Source: the human T2T-CHM13v2.0 reference genome, Homo sapiens
Assembly: GCF_009914755.1 (NCBI RefSeq)
Contig: NC_060929.1
DNA: 64,000 nucleotides
Direction: 5' to 3' (one strand)
Shown here piece after piece: positions 16,062-31,563 of the stretch. The position numbers and the translations under genes are program-made. The notes under the pieces are model-generated. The model did not search any database and had not been told where the DNA came from. It saw only the letters and a program-made list of their open reading frames with translations. The first letter of the stretch is position 1. Each line of letters begins with the position of its first letter.

Positions 16062-16634
16062 GTTTCTCAAAAAGCTAAACAGAGTTACCATATGACCCAG
16101 CAATTCCACTGCTAGGTATATATCCCAAATAACTGAAAACAAGTGTTCAAACAAGTACTTGTACACGAATGTTCCTAGCAGCATTATTCACAACAGCCGA
16201 AAGGCAGAAACAACCCAGATGGCCATCACCTGATGAATGCGTAAACAAAACATGGTCTATCCATACAATGGAATATTATTCAGCCATAAAAAGGAATGAA
16301 GTACAGATACATGCTATGACATGGATAAACCCTGAAAGCATTGTGCTAAGTGAATGAAGCCAGGCACAGAAGGCCTCAGATTGTGTGATTCCATTTATAT
16401 GAAAAGTACAGAATACGTCAACCAGAGATAGCACAGACTGGTGGTTGCCACGCAGAGGCCGGGGAGAGCCACTGCTTACAGGGGAGGAGTATCCTTTTGG
16501 GTGCTGAAATGCTTTGGAACGAGATACAAGTGACGGTGGTGTGACACTGGGAATGTACTCAACCCCACTGAAATGTTCCATTAAACTGGTTAATTTTATG
16601 TGATGTGAATTTCACTTCAATAATTTTAAAAAAG
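16062..16634 (+). mobile_element. L1MB-type 3' UTR
   Basis: 'agagttaccatatgacccagcaattccact', 'atacaatggaatattattcagccataaaaaggaatgaag', ending 'gtgaatttcacttcaataattttaaaaaa'. Confidence 0.88.
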
Positions 16635-16799
16635 AATCCAGCTAATAGTTCGTCTTCCTTTTGGCAGAGCAATCTGTTTCATCTTGGACTTAACGGTGCT
16701 TTTAAAAACAAAAATTAAAAGGAGGGAAAACTGGCTCTCCTAAGAGGGTAGAAGGAAAAAAACAAAAAAAGGCAAAGCTGAAACAAGTGCAACTTTCCT

Positions 16800-17235
16800 G
16801 CAGCTGCTTTTCCAAGGCCTCTGCTATACCGAGGCGTGGGTTTGCACTTGCAAAGAGTAAATACACTCCTCCCGCAGAGCCAGCGAGCTGCTCAGAGCGG
16901 CGGAAACAGGGATCACGCAGATCTCTCCAGTCTGTCCCTGCCCCCTATTGGAATTCGATTTCCCATGGGAGGGGGGCCTGCGGAGGACATCAGGGAATGT
17001 GCAGCATGGAAGTTGCACGTGTGGGCCACGACACATCGCGCCAGGCCGGCCTCGCTCATCTGAGAGGGGTCTGAGTGTGGAGCCATCCTCCCCACAGCCT
17101 GCGTGCACTTGCTGGAGCGCAGAGACCCGCGTGTGAGGGCGAGGAGAGCATGCGTGTTCCTGTCCCGGTGATCCCCGGCCAGACCCCGGGAAGGAGCAGA
17201 GGTTCCCGTGGGAGTTGGAGCGTTTGTAAACCAAC
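16800..17235. promoter_or_regulatory. Non-repetitive CpG-enriched patch, candidate cis-regulatory element
   Basis: Roughly two dozen CpGs in ~430 bp by eye; CACGTG at 17016 and a forkhead-like TGTAAAC at 17225. Confidence 0.35.
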
Positions 17236-18413
17236 AGATTTCACCCACCTTTCCACTCTGGAGGCGGGCTCTAATGGCACAGTCCAGACGTCACCTCTCC
17301 TTAGTTTGAAAATTGGTTCCATAAATTGGAGTGAGTTCAAACACATGAGACCCTTCCAGAAACTGGGCTGACTGCCAGGCTCTCCACACATCCAGAGTGG
17401 GTGGAAAGACAGAGAGACGGAGTGGGGTGCAGGGTTATGGAGAGCATCCTTCCAGGGCCAGACTCCCTGCTCTGGGGGTAGGTGGGCTCTGCCGGGCTGG
17501 GGGAGGCGCTGTAGAGGGGGCAGGAGGTTGGGGACACTCAGGAGCCACTGCTCTCCCCGCCATCCAGGACTGCAGGCTTCCTCTGTCCCCAGAGACTGAG
17601 GCTGCTCCACAGACACCCCCCATCTTCCTGGCACGAAAGCATCACTCACTGTCCACCATTAGCGTCTGGTGATGGAAACAAACAGGCTCATGGGGTCATG
17701 GAGGAGTCAAAAAAATGATAATTTTAATCATTATTATATTTTATGATATTATACAATCTATTTGTTTATATATTTTTTCATTATTATTGTTAAAATTATA
17801 ATCCCTGACATTTATGGAGCAGTGACCTCATGCCAGGCACTGTGTTTTGCGTGTATCATTTCACCCAGGCTCCTGACAACTCCGTGAAGTGGCAGCCACT
17901 GTTATCTCCATGTTAGAGCAAGCTGAGAAACGGAGGGGCTGTACTTGGGGCCACACATCTTGGGAGTCTTGGGAGTATGGGCAGGGGAACTGACCCATGC
18001 GGTCTGACTCCAGGGTCCATGCTGTTAGCCATGACTTTTTGGTATCAGGTGCTTCTGAAAGTCCCTTGAGCCTTGCCAGGGACCCAGGCAGACAGCACAG
18101 CTGGCACAGTCAGACAGACCCACCTCAGAACCAGGCTGGCCAGAGAGGGACGGTGTCAGTCTCAGGGCCTGATCTCCAGGAAGTCCAGAGGGCACAGTCC
18201 AGAGGGCACAGTGAGATAGCAAAGGCTGGTCAAGCCCTCAGAATGAAGCCCCAGGGACAGCAGGTGCTAATCCCACAACCCACAGGACTCTCAGCAAGGA
18301 CTGCCTTCCCGCAAAGAGCATGGTACTGTGGCTCAGGTGCAAGCTGGGGCGCCGCTGCCGTCATCCTGGAAGCCCTTTAATGACAGCAGCGCAGCAGGTT
18401 GCTCCCCCAAGAA

Positions 18414-18552
18414 TGGGGGTAGCTCCTGGGTCACCCAGCACCGGGTATGGGGTAGCTCCTGGGTCACTGGCCAGCGCCGGGAATGGGGTAGCTCCTGGGT
18501 CACCCAGCACCGGGTAAGGTGTTGCTCCTGGGTCACTGGCCAGCATCGGGTA
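18414..18552. repeat. Minisatellite with alternating 33/36-bp units (69-bp dimer x2)
   Basis: GCTCCTGGGTCAC starts at 18422, 18455, 18491 and 18524. Confidence 0.9.
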
Positions 18553-18929
18553 GAGAAGTCGGCTTGTGTTTGGTGGGAACCATGTACTTAAACTCCAGAT
18601 GATTTGGTTAATGGGGGGGTCCTGGGGAACAGAGACCAGCTGAGGATATGCAGATCCAGGGCATCAGAAGAGAGGGCGACCAAGTGCCCACACAAGGGGG
18701 ATCCTCTGCCTCTTTTTCCTTCTGGCTTAACAGGAATCTGTCTAAATTACATGTAAACCCGATGAGACTATCACAGCTGAATGAAGGCCAGAGACAGGCT
18801 GAGGCTTGTCTCTATCAACAACACATCTTAGGGCTTGGAAACAGAAGCTCAGGGCTGCATGAGCCTGTGGGTCATGAATTCACTGCTCCTGCTTTAGGCA
18901 GGAATTCCCTTCCAGCCTCCAGAGGAGTG

Positions 18930-19260
18930 CTCATGTGTCCTCCCCTTGAACACTTCCCCTGACTGGGAGCTCACTACCTCAAAGAGAGGTTCATGCTGTC
19001 TTTGGATAGCTCTGCCTATTAGAGAGCTCTTCCTCCACTGAACTAAAACCCATTGCCTCAGGTCCACTCAGCACTCGTCTGGGTCCTTGGGGCCATACAG
19101 AACAAACCCAACCTCTCCTCACAAAACCTCCTAAGAGATGGACAGGCAAAGCCACGACCACAGTTTCCAGAATTATCTCTACAGGGTGTGTGTTCCTCAA
19201 GCCTCCGCCATCCTGAAAACCTTCTCTGGCCCTGCCCCATCCAATACATTCTGTCCCTCT
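18930..19260 (-). mobile_element. L3/CR1 fragment
   Basis: 'gggagctcactacctc..ttggatagctctgcctattagagagctcttcc..ggggccatacagaacaaa' matches recalled antisense L3. Confidence 0.65.
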
Positions 19261-19959
19261 GCACTAAGACTCCCGAAATGAGATCCTTAAGCCTCAGAGC
19301 AGAGCAGGGCAGGAAAAACACCTCCCTTGTTCAAGGCATTGTGCTCCTGTTACTACAGCCTCAGATCCTGCACTGACCAGCAGGCAGCTGAAGCCATGAG
19401 GGGATGGCGTGGGACTGAGCCTATCCTTGGCTGTGTGGTGGAGAGGCATTCTCACTGACCCCACAGCCAGCTAGCATGTGTGGGGGAAAATAAGAGAAAA
19501 ATGATGTAAGCACTGAGGATATGTTCCTTTATGCACTGGAGTAAACATGAGTGGGGGGACGTGAATCTGCCAGCGCCTCAGTGGGCCTCACTTCCCACTG
19601 CCTTGTATGGGGTGGGAGCCTCCAGCTGAACTCTGGAGTTTGGTGATGAAGACTTTCTTGAACTCAAGGGCTTCTGAATGCCAGCTCTAGCTGCTTTTCC
19701 CCAGCACTGGAGCTCTGTGGGGCTGGCAGAGAGAGGAAGCATTCCTGGCTTTCATGGGTAACCTGAGAGATTTTCAGGAGTGATTTGGAACATGTACAAT
19801 TTTTGCCTTATGCAAGAATAAAAATCCCACCTAAAATGTGATTCTGCAACAATGACTTATGATTAGGTGGTGGGATGGGTGGGTGGCGGGTGGCTGTTGG
19901 GGGATGAAGAGATGAGTAGAGGGATGAGGGGTCGATGAATGGATGGACGGGTTAGGGAG

Positions 19960-20100
19960 ATGAATTCTGGTGTTGCCTGTCTCTAGCTGTTTGACCTTGG
20001 GCATCTCACATGTTTAGCCATGAGATGGGCATCATACTCCCTCCTCACAGCGTTCTCATGAGGAATGCACCTATGAAAGTTCCTAGGCAGGGAGCCTGCT
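19960..20100 (+). mobile_element. MIR
   Basis: 'ctagctgtttgaccttgggca..tgagatgggcatcatactccctcctcacagcgttctcatgagga'. Confidence 0.6.
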
Positions 20101-20394
20101 GCAGGGATGGGCCTGGCTGAGAACAAGGACACCTTTCTGACCAGCAATAAGCCTCACCAAAAAATGTGCTCATGTAAGAAAAACAATTATCCAAGAAGCA
20201 TGTGTCAGAACAGCTTTGCTGGTGGCTCCAGCGCAGGAGGGGTAGAAGGGGAAATAAAAGCTGGTCTCCTTGGCAATTAACGTTCACTTCTGCTTTTGCC
20301 TTAGATACTGAAGAGCCCAGCTCCACACCACGACTCCAGCTACACTCCAGCCTTGAAGGATCTGAAGCCCACAGTGTGGGCTGCTCCGTTTGGT

Positions 20395-20520
20395 CAGAGC
20401 TTCTCAAATCCCTGGTGCATGCGAACCATCTAGGAATCTTGCGGAAATCCAGGGGCTGACGCAGAGGTCAGGAGTGGCCTGAAGTTCTCTCAGGAGAAGC
20501 TGATGGTCCCAGAGCACACA
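20395..20520. mobile_element. MER5A-like fossil
   Basis: 'cagagcttctcaaa..catctaggaatcttg..ctgatggtcccagagcacac'. Confidence 0.5.
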
Positions 20521-21011
20521 GGGAATACCCATCAAGGCTCTGCATGTGTTTGGCTGATGGCAAACTGGACACCGGGGATTCTAGTCCTCGGCCCTCCCAG
20601 GGGCAGTGAGGGAGTCTCACCGGAATGGAGGTGGGCGGGAATGGAGGTGGCCGGGGCAAGGCCTGGCTTTTCTTACATGGTGCTCCCACTTTCCATCCAG
20701 AAAGCCATGCTGTTGCTCTCTTTGCAAGCATGAAGCGTGAGGCCAGGCAGCATGGCTGATGTGCATGGGCGCGGGGCTCAAGGTCAGACCCCGCAGGGGT
20801 GGCTGTCCTGCCAGGCAGAGATCAGCTGGTTTAGACCTCATACTGACCATACCCACCAGCTCTATTTCCCCCATTATGAAGATGGAGGAACTGAGTCCCT
20901 TGAGCTGAGACAATTGGGCTGACCTTTTGTGGGCCACATGGCTCCTGATGGTGGAGCAGGGCCTGGCTGCATCCCCCCACTCCCTGTCCAGTGCCTGCCC
21001 CACTAGGTCTT

Positions 21012-21171
21012 CTTTTTTAAAAAGTTTATTGAGACAGGGTCTCTGTCACTCAGGCTGGATCACAGTAGTGCGATGAGCTCACTTCAGCCTTGAACTTCCG
21101 GGCTCAAGCAATTCTCCCGCCTCAGCTTCTGGACTAGCTGGGACCACAGGTGCGTGCCACCATGCCTGACC
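21012..21171 (-). mobile_element. Free Alu right monomer (FRAM) or AluJ half
   Basis: Single monomer 'gagacagggtctc..cagccttgaacttccgggctcaagc..ccaccatgcctgacc'; AGGTCTT on both flanks. Confidence 0.75.
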
Positions 21172-21699
21172 CGTCAGGTCTTTACAAGGAGAATAAGAAC
21201 CTTGGCTGGGGAACCCAAGATAGGTCGGTCAACACTTCCTTCAGCCTCCCTGAGTTGAGGCCTCCCATGCAGGGCACACTTTGGTGGCCCTCTCCCGGAC
21301 CCCTGCTCCAATCGGGTACCCCAGAGCACAGGAGGAAGGGCCTGGCTAGCCTGGCTCTTCTGACCTGAGCAAAGGGGTCCCCCAGTGAAGGTTTTGTTTT
21401 CAAAATCTACAAGCAAACAGGACAAGGGTGGGGAGGCAGATGTTTTCCACGGATGGCTCTGCCTTGGGCTTTGCTCTGGGCCCTGGGTGGGTGAGGCTGG
21501 AAGAGGCTGGGGAGCCAGCACAGGGTCTCAGGTGTGGCCTGCCCACCTGCCCACAGGTTGCCCCCGATCTGCTGGCAGACCTGGGCCTCTTGTCCCTGAC
21601 CTCGTCTCCCACTCACCTCTCTCCCTCATCCCCGTTTCAGCCACAGTAGTCTCTGTTGCTCCAGCAGCAGCCGGCACCCCGCCCGCCTCAGGACCTGAC

Positions 21700-22020
21700 C
21701 CTTGGCTCTTCCTGTTTCTGGGGCCTGTCTTCCTCCAGACAGCACCTGGCGAGCCCCTCACTGCCTTCACGTCTTTGCTCACATGCCACCTTCTCATGGA
21801 AAACTGCCACCCTCGCTCTCACCCGGCACTGGAGATTGCCCTCACCTGCCTACCATTTTTCGTAACACACCGACCTTCGGACCTGTGAAACCCTCATTTA
21901 CCGCCTGTCTCCTCTAACCACAACGAAAGCTCCATGGCAGGGGGACCGCTGTTTGCTGTGTTATCATCTCCTCAGTGCCCAGCTCTGAGCCAGGAAGTGC
22001 TTTGATTCCTTTGCTGAACC
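21700..22020 (+). mobile_element. L2 3' fragment
   Basis: 'gtctttgctcacatgccaccttctca..aagctccatggcagggg..cagtgcccagc'. Confidence 0.5.
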
Positions 22021-22540
22021 ACTTCTGCGGAAGGCTGCTGAGTGCGGCTGCAGTTCCCACATGGCCCACGATGGAGGAATATTTGCACTTAGGACAGTGT
22101 CTCCCACCTGGAGCTCCAGCAGGTCTGGGATGGGGACTGCCATCTGGCCGGGTGACAGCTGGTTACAGTTCACTATGTGGAATCGCTAGCACCAAGGTGG
22201 TTTCCTGGCATCCTTTTTCTCAGGCCACAACTCCCCTCCTGCATTTATCATCCTGAGTCTGTTTGCTCCATGTCTTCACCCACCTGGCCTTCACTCATCC
22301 GAAGGTGGCCTCACAGGCTGGCAGGGGCAGTCTGGGCAGTGGCTCAAAGGCCCCCTTGATACCTGCAGTTTCCTGGGCGGAGACACAGGCTGCTGCTCTG
22401 GGTTGAGCTTCCCTGGGTTGAGTGATGCCCCATTTCCCAGGTCCCACCGGCCAGAGCATCTGAAGCTCCCTGCTGAGTTTGGCTGTGCAGCAGTGGCTCT
22501 GTGTGTAAATGCTGGGCACTGAGGATACACAAAAATCCCA

Positions 22541-22686
22541 ATATGATGTGTACAGGATAATGCCTCATCCCAATCACATGTCCATTTGTGATTGTGTTTG
22601 TTAACAACCCTTTATCTCTTAGTGTTATAAACTCCACTTAAAACTGATTAAAGTCTCATTCTTGTCAAGAAAAAACAAACAAACAA
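22541..22686 (+). pseudogene. Heavily 5'-truncated retrocopy of an unidentified mRNA 3' end
   Basis: AT-rich UTR-like 126 nt; ATTAAA at 22647-22652; A-rich tail starts 14 nt later (22667); flanking direct repeat ACACAAAAATCCCA (22527-22540) / ACAGAAAAAGCCCA (22687-22700). Confidence 0.65.
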
Positions 22687-22699
22687 ACAGAAAAAGCCC

Positions 22700-23410
22700 A
22701 TAGAATTCCAAATAGAAGTAAGAGAAAATCTATACTGCAACACATTCGAGTGAAACTTAAGACCATCAGAGATAGAGAGATGCCTAAAAGTCCCCAGAGA
22801 GCAGAGAACATGACGAAGGAGCAAGACTTGGACAGAACCACACTTTCCAACAACCACATGGACTGTAAGGCCACAGGGGAGGAATAATGGTTTTGAGTAC
22901 CGAAGTGAACACTGAAATTTTGAGTACTGAACTTTGCACCCTGAATTTTACATCCAGCCAACTGTCACCCAAGTGTGAGGGCATGGCCAACACATTCTCA
23001 ACCACAGAAGGCCCTAGAAGTTGGCCACATAAAGACCCACGTGGGAAACACTCAGGACCAGCACATGGTTCAAGACATGAGAAGATCAAAGGGTGATCAG
23101 ATTCCGAAGCGAAGACTGTTTCCCGCCTCCACCCCCATCAATTAGCTAAGATCCAGAAGAGAAAGAGAGTGACAGGATGGGGACTAGGTGGAGGGGAGAT
23201 CCTGGGACACGAGGGAGCAGTCATGTGACCGAGGAACATATGGATAACATTTTTATTTATAAAAAGAAAGGATTAACCAAGAAACCTAGAAAAGGCAGGG
23301 GACAAGCTGAAACCATAAACTTGTCGGTAAAAAGGCAAAGACTGTTGATTGGATAGAAGCCAAAATCCAGCTACAGGCTTTTTAGAAGAAAGACAACTAA
23401 GTCATAAATC
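22700..23410 (+). mobile_element. Very old L1M (L1ME-like) ORF1/inter-ORF remnant
   Basis: 'aaaatctatactgcaacacattcgagtgaaact' and 'ccctgaattttacatccagccaactgtcacccaagtgtgagggca' resemble the L1 ORF1 C-terminal coding sequence. Confidence 0.55.
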
Positions 23411-23461
23411 AGAGGAATGAAGAGGAAGGGGTGTGGATGGGATACAGCTGAAATTTCTTGA

Positions 23462-23843
<382 letters not shown>

Positions 23844-24004
23844 TAAAATGTTTTTTAAAAGACCATTCTGAACCCAAATTTCTCTCTTCTCCAAAAGTCC
23901 AAGACAGCTGTCTATCCCTAATTTTTACATTATGCCCATCACTTGAACTTTTAGAAAAGAAATGAACGTGTAGAAACTGGTTTTATTTTGCAGTAATATA
24001 AGTA

Positions 24005-24645
<641 letters not shown>

Positions 24646-24699
24646 TATGCCCGTTGCCTCCAGAAAGTTTCCAAATTTCTCTTTGTTAAGATCACTGTA

Positions 24700-26029
<1,330 letters not shown>

Positions 26030-26072
26030 TCGCTGTAAATTGTCAGGAATGAAAGAAAAGCTATGGGTTTAA

Positions 26073-26548
<476 letters not shown>

Positions 26549-27170
26549 TAATAATGGTTGCCTGTAGATGCTGAAATCACACAAGGGCCCTTTTCATTCT
26601 TTTCCTTCCCCCCGAAAAGATCATGTGTCCCAAGCTGCATTTACGTAGCAACAGCTAACTTGTTTTCCCATCATGATTAATCAGAGTCATATGCAGCGGC
26701 CCGTCGGAGCCTCTGAAGGCTGCAGATAGACACCAGCCTCACACTGGGCTGATAAAGCTCCAGCGGAAATCCCAGCGACCCAGCCTTGGGTTGGCCTGGG
26801 AGGCTGATACCTCACCAAGGCATGATTTTCCTCAGAGGTTGTGAAACAGCAAAAATCATTGGTGGGTCTCCTTACGGCCTCCAGGGACCTGAAAAGGGGA
26901 CCTGAGTCCATGCCCATCTGGTGAGCAGGGTGAGGCCCAGCAGGGTCTGGTGGCCCTGCTTGAGGCCGCCTCCCCCTCCCTCCCTGTCCTCACCGCGCAC
27001 TGAGGCACTGGGAGCCGCACTGGCCCGAGACCTTTCTGCAAGGATGGAAACGTCCGCTGAGCCACCCACACGGAAACTGAAAGGTGGCCGTGGAACACCT
27101 GAAATATGACCAGTGTGACCGAAGGACTGGATTTTATCTTTCATTTAACTTTTTAAATTTAAATAGCCAC

Positions 27171-27481
27171 GAATGAACCTTGAACACGTGCTAGGTGAAA
27201 AAAGCCACACTGTGTATGGTTCCACTCACAGGAAATGTCCCGAACAGGCGAATCCAGAGAGACTGAAAGAAGTAGACACGGGGATGCCAGAGCCTGGGGG
27301 ACGGGCATGGGGGGAGGGGTATGGGGAGGGATTGCCAGGGCTTCTCTCTGGGGTGATGGAAACTTTCTGGAATCAGACAGTGGTGATGGCTGCACTGTGT
27401 GTGAATACACTAAAAACCACCGAGTCATACACTTTAAATGGTGAATTTTATGTTGTGTTATATCTCTATTAAAAAAAAAAA
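27171..27481 (+). mobile_element. L1MB-type 3' end with A-tail
   Basis: 'atgaaccttgaacacgtgctaggtgaaaaaagcca..cactttaaatggtgaattttatgttgtgttatatctctattaaaaaaaaaaa'. Confidence 0.82.
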
Positions 27482-27484
27482 TAG

Positions 27485-27827
<343 letters not shown>

Positions 27828-30800
27828 CTAGTGACTACCATATAGGCTAGCACAGTTCTAGAAACTTAGAGGAGTGGTCTAGAACTTTGATCATCCTCCC
27901 CTGTCCTGGATTCATGCCTCCCAGCCCCAGCAGTGCCCCTCGGGGTCTCGCATGCCTCCATGTGCCTCCTGATGGCCTGTGACCTCACCCCCGCCCCTGT
28001 TCCCATCCAGCTCCAGCTGCCCTGACGCCGCCCCCCGACTGGCCTTGCCTTGGCCTCTCCACCTGCCGCCCAGGGCTTGGGCGGGCTCTTCCCAGCAGCT
28101 CTGCCTCTTGCAGGGACCTCTGTGTTCCCACGCACTCGGGGCGACTCTGGGCTATGATCACCTGCTTTCTTCTCATTATTTTGCTGAAAAGAACCCCTCC
28201 TCTACCTCATTGCTAATGGCTTTTTCTTACTGAGGAGGGGACACCTCAGGCAGAAGGCCACCCTAAACTGCCCCTGGCAGGGTCAAGGCCCCATCCTGTC
28301 TCCCCCACCCCCACGACAGCCCTGTCATGCTGCATTCTGGTCCTTTTCCATGTTCATGGCTACCTCCCTTGGCAGTCAGGGTTGGGTGTGTGGCCTCAGG
28401 GCTCCGAACGGCGCTGGGCCAGCAGGCATACCATCACAGCGGCTTCCCTGCTAACAAAGTGCCTCACGCCCATTTACTACCTGGCTTCTGGGCTGAGCTC
28501 CCTGCCTGGCTGCAGAGCATTCTGCCTCAGGAGGGGAAAGGGGTCTGCAGAGCCCCTTCCCAGGACCAGGCCCCCATGGGTGCCCAGTGGCTCCCACCTT
28601 CCTAAGTCTGATTTAGGGAGGGACTTCCAAGAGGTCCTGGGTCCTGCCACTCCACCTGCTCTGAATCCAGCCCTTCCTCAGCCCTTCCATCTGAGGCCCA
28701 GCCACTCTCTGCACACGGCCCAGGCCAACCCCCCAGCAGGGAGGGAGATCAAATTCAGGGCTGCAGCTCGTCCCACTGCAGAGGGTCAGCCTCCCCCACC
28801 CGCGTCAGCAGCACAGGCCGACCCCCAAATCCCACCTGAACCCAAGCAGGAGTGGGGTGAACACATGTGCAAAGGTGCTCTGCTCAACTTAACACAGAAG
28901 GCGGCATTGTCTTCCTGCGTCTTGCCGGGCAGTCTGGAAGGGATTCTCGGTAGAGCCGACGAGGGCTTACCAAATTCTCAGCACAGCGAGAACTCGGGTG
29001 ATTGATGCGGAGAAAAACATTTTTACCAGCCCCTCATCTGGTTTGTATTAAGAGGCTTCCATGCTTGGATTTTTTTCCCCCCAAGGTAAAAACCAGCAAT
29101 GAGTTGAGACCAGAGAAATAACAGGGGCACAGGCAGCTGGGTGAGGGGAACCAGAGCTGAAAGATGTGACAGAGGTCGGGGTAGGAAGCCCCTCCCCACT
29201 GAGGACTGGCAGGAGGCAGAGGCCCACTGCGGCGGGTGCCCAGGAGAATCACACCGGTGTTGATAACCCGGGTGATGCTGTGACTGGCTTCCTTTCTCAC
29301 TTTATTAAAGTCACAATAGATTTGGCAGCAGACAAAAGTGGCTGGTCCCCTCCGGCCCTCCGCTAGGCGGGCCCACCCCCCACGCCCCACGCCTGGCCTC
29401 CCGTGCCTCCCGCTTCCTGCCTCACCTTTCCACGGCACTATCACCGTCCAATGTAATGGGAGGCTTTCCTTTTTTTTTGTCTTCTGTCTCCCTTGGGGGG
29501 AGCCCCAAGAAGATGGACTCCACACCAGAGTGTTGACTGAGTGAAAGAATGATGGACCAAGTCCTACTGGGGTCCCCCAACCCTCACCTGGGCCCCAGGC
29601 TCCTCCTTGCAGGGGTGAGAGTGGGGGGAGGTCTGTGTGGCTTCAGCTCCACTAGTGGATGTGATCTAGAGGAGGCCGCCCCCTGCAGTGGCCCCTGACT
29701 GGAGGGGGGACCTCTGGTACCTCCCTGGGGTACTCTCTCCCTCCCAGGCCTGGAGAAGGTGGGCAGGACTTGGGAAAATTCCCACCTACAATGAGGCACC
29801 AGTGCATGTGCACCCAGGGTCTCGGCTCCTATCAAGTCTCCTGGCCTTCAAGGTCCTCAGGCCCTCTGTGCCCCCTCTCCAGGCACCCTAAAACCAGGTT
29901 ACAATGCAAGCTGGCTGTGCCCAGGGACACCAAGCCTGTGCCATGCTCTTCCCCTGCCTACAATTACACTGAGCACTTTCCCACGCAGTCAGCTTCTACT
30001 CAGTCCTCGGGCCGAGCACCCATGCCACCTCCTCCAGGACGCCCACCTGGTCATGCCCCTCTCTGTTCCTTCTTGCTCCCAGCCCTGCCTGGCTCTGAAG
30101 CGTGCTTCTATTTCTCCATTTCAGTCCTTTGCGCTTGGATATCATCAGCTCACCCTCTGACAGCTCTTTTAGGGTCCCAGCAGCCACCACAGTGCCTGGT
30201 ACACAGCAAGTTGGCTGTGTGGCTGCGTGAAGTTGGGGAGTGGCCGGCATGGCACTCCAGCACCCAGCACGGCATCTAGGGGAGGGCAGTCAGGAAGCAA
30301 GGCTGGATGAACAGAGGGGTGGCTGGGCCCAGCGCGATGTCAGGACTCTGCAATGTGGGGAGCAATCAGGAGGAATCTGGCACAGGTAGCGTGTGGCTGC
30401 CCCAAGGATTCCTCACCAGATAATTATAACCCCGGGTTCCAAGAGCCACAGAGGAAGTGTGGATATGTTGCAATGACAGCATTGAAGGCGGAGTGATTCA
30501 TTTTGCTGGGGGGCATCTGTTAATGGGACCAGGCTGCCCGAGACCCTGGGCAGCCCTGCTGCTGTGCCAGCCCGTTAGGCCCTGTGTGTGGCCTGCCCGC
30601 TCTACTCCCCTGGCCTTGACTGAAGCTGCGTCACTTTTCTTGTCCGAGGGCCTTTCCCTGCAGCACGCAAGCCTCTCTTCCTGACTCTGGGCCAGCTATG
30701 TTGATCTTCACTTTTAACAAACCGAGGTGCAGAATGGCCTGACAGCAGCTATCTATCCAACAGTCATGTCCCAGGCCGGAATCCTCCCAACCAGGGAGGG

Positions 30801-31563
30801 ACCACTTCCTACCTGACATCAAGGACAGGGCCAGCGGGGGTGGTCTCCTGGGGTTGCCGACCCTGAGAAGGCCAAAGCCCCGGGGCTGCTCAGGCAGGAA
30901 AGTCACGCTTCGCAGCTCCACTGACTGTCCCCGCGGGGTGGCACAGCACTCATGCCCAGCAAGAGACACGGAGACGGGCCTCTGAGTGTCAGGACGCTCA
31001 CGATGAATGAGGTGCAGCTGCAACTGGCTCTGGAGGTGAGCAGGGGGATTCTGGCTCTAGAGAAAGATCTAGGTGGGGAGAAAGGGAGCAAGAGGAGGAG
31101 TGAGGGAGAGCAGGCTCAGCCTCCCGTGCTGGCAGTTACCTGGCGGATGAGGACGGGGAGCAGGAACCACATTTTCTCCCGCTGTAGAAGCAAACCTTTG
31201 GATGAGCAATAACGCGTGTGCACAGTGTGACTGGTGCCTTGGCGAGCCTTGCTGGGGACGTGTCTCAGCAGCCTCTGCCCAGGGAACTGGGAGCTCAGTG
31301 AAAACAGCCAGCAGAGAAATGACCCCCAGGGCTGGTGAGCTGCCACAGGACCCCCAGGGGCCAGTGAGGCCGCACTCGGCCCACTGTTTCTTTAACAGGA
31401 AGGATGAGACAGAAAACAGCGTCTGGAGTGTGGGGGAGACACGAGGTAGCAGCGCAGGCCGGGGCAAGGTTTGGGGTCATCTGGGGATCTCAGATTGGAT
31501 CCTGCTGGGGACAGTGCTGATTTCTTGGTGCACAGCCTCTGGGCTGCATTCTGTGTTCCAGGC

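Noticed and set aside
18414-18552. CRISPR-like repeat/spacer array (also considered at 15650-15740 and 48477-48535)
   Set aside because: The intervening sequences are themselves repeated, the context is primate, and there are no cas genes.
28382-29005. 207-aa Pro/Ala-rich ORF
   Set aside because: It has a non-ATG start, with no domain or exon structure I can support.
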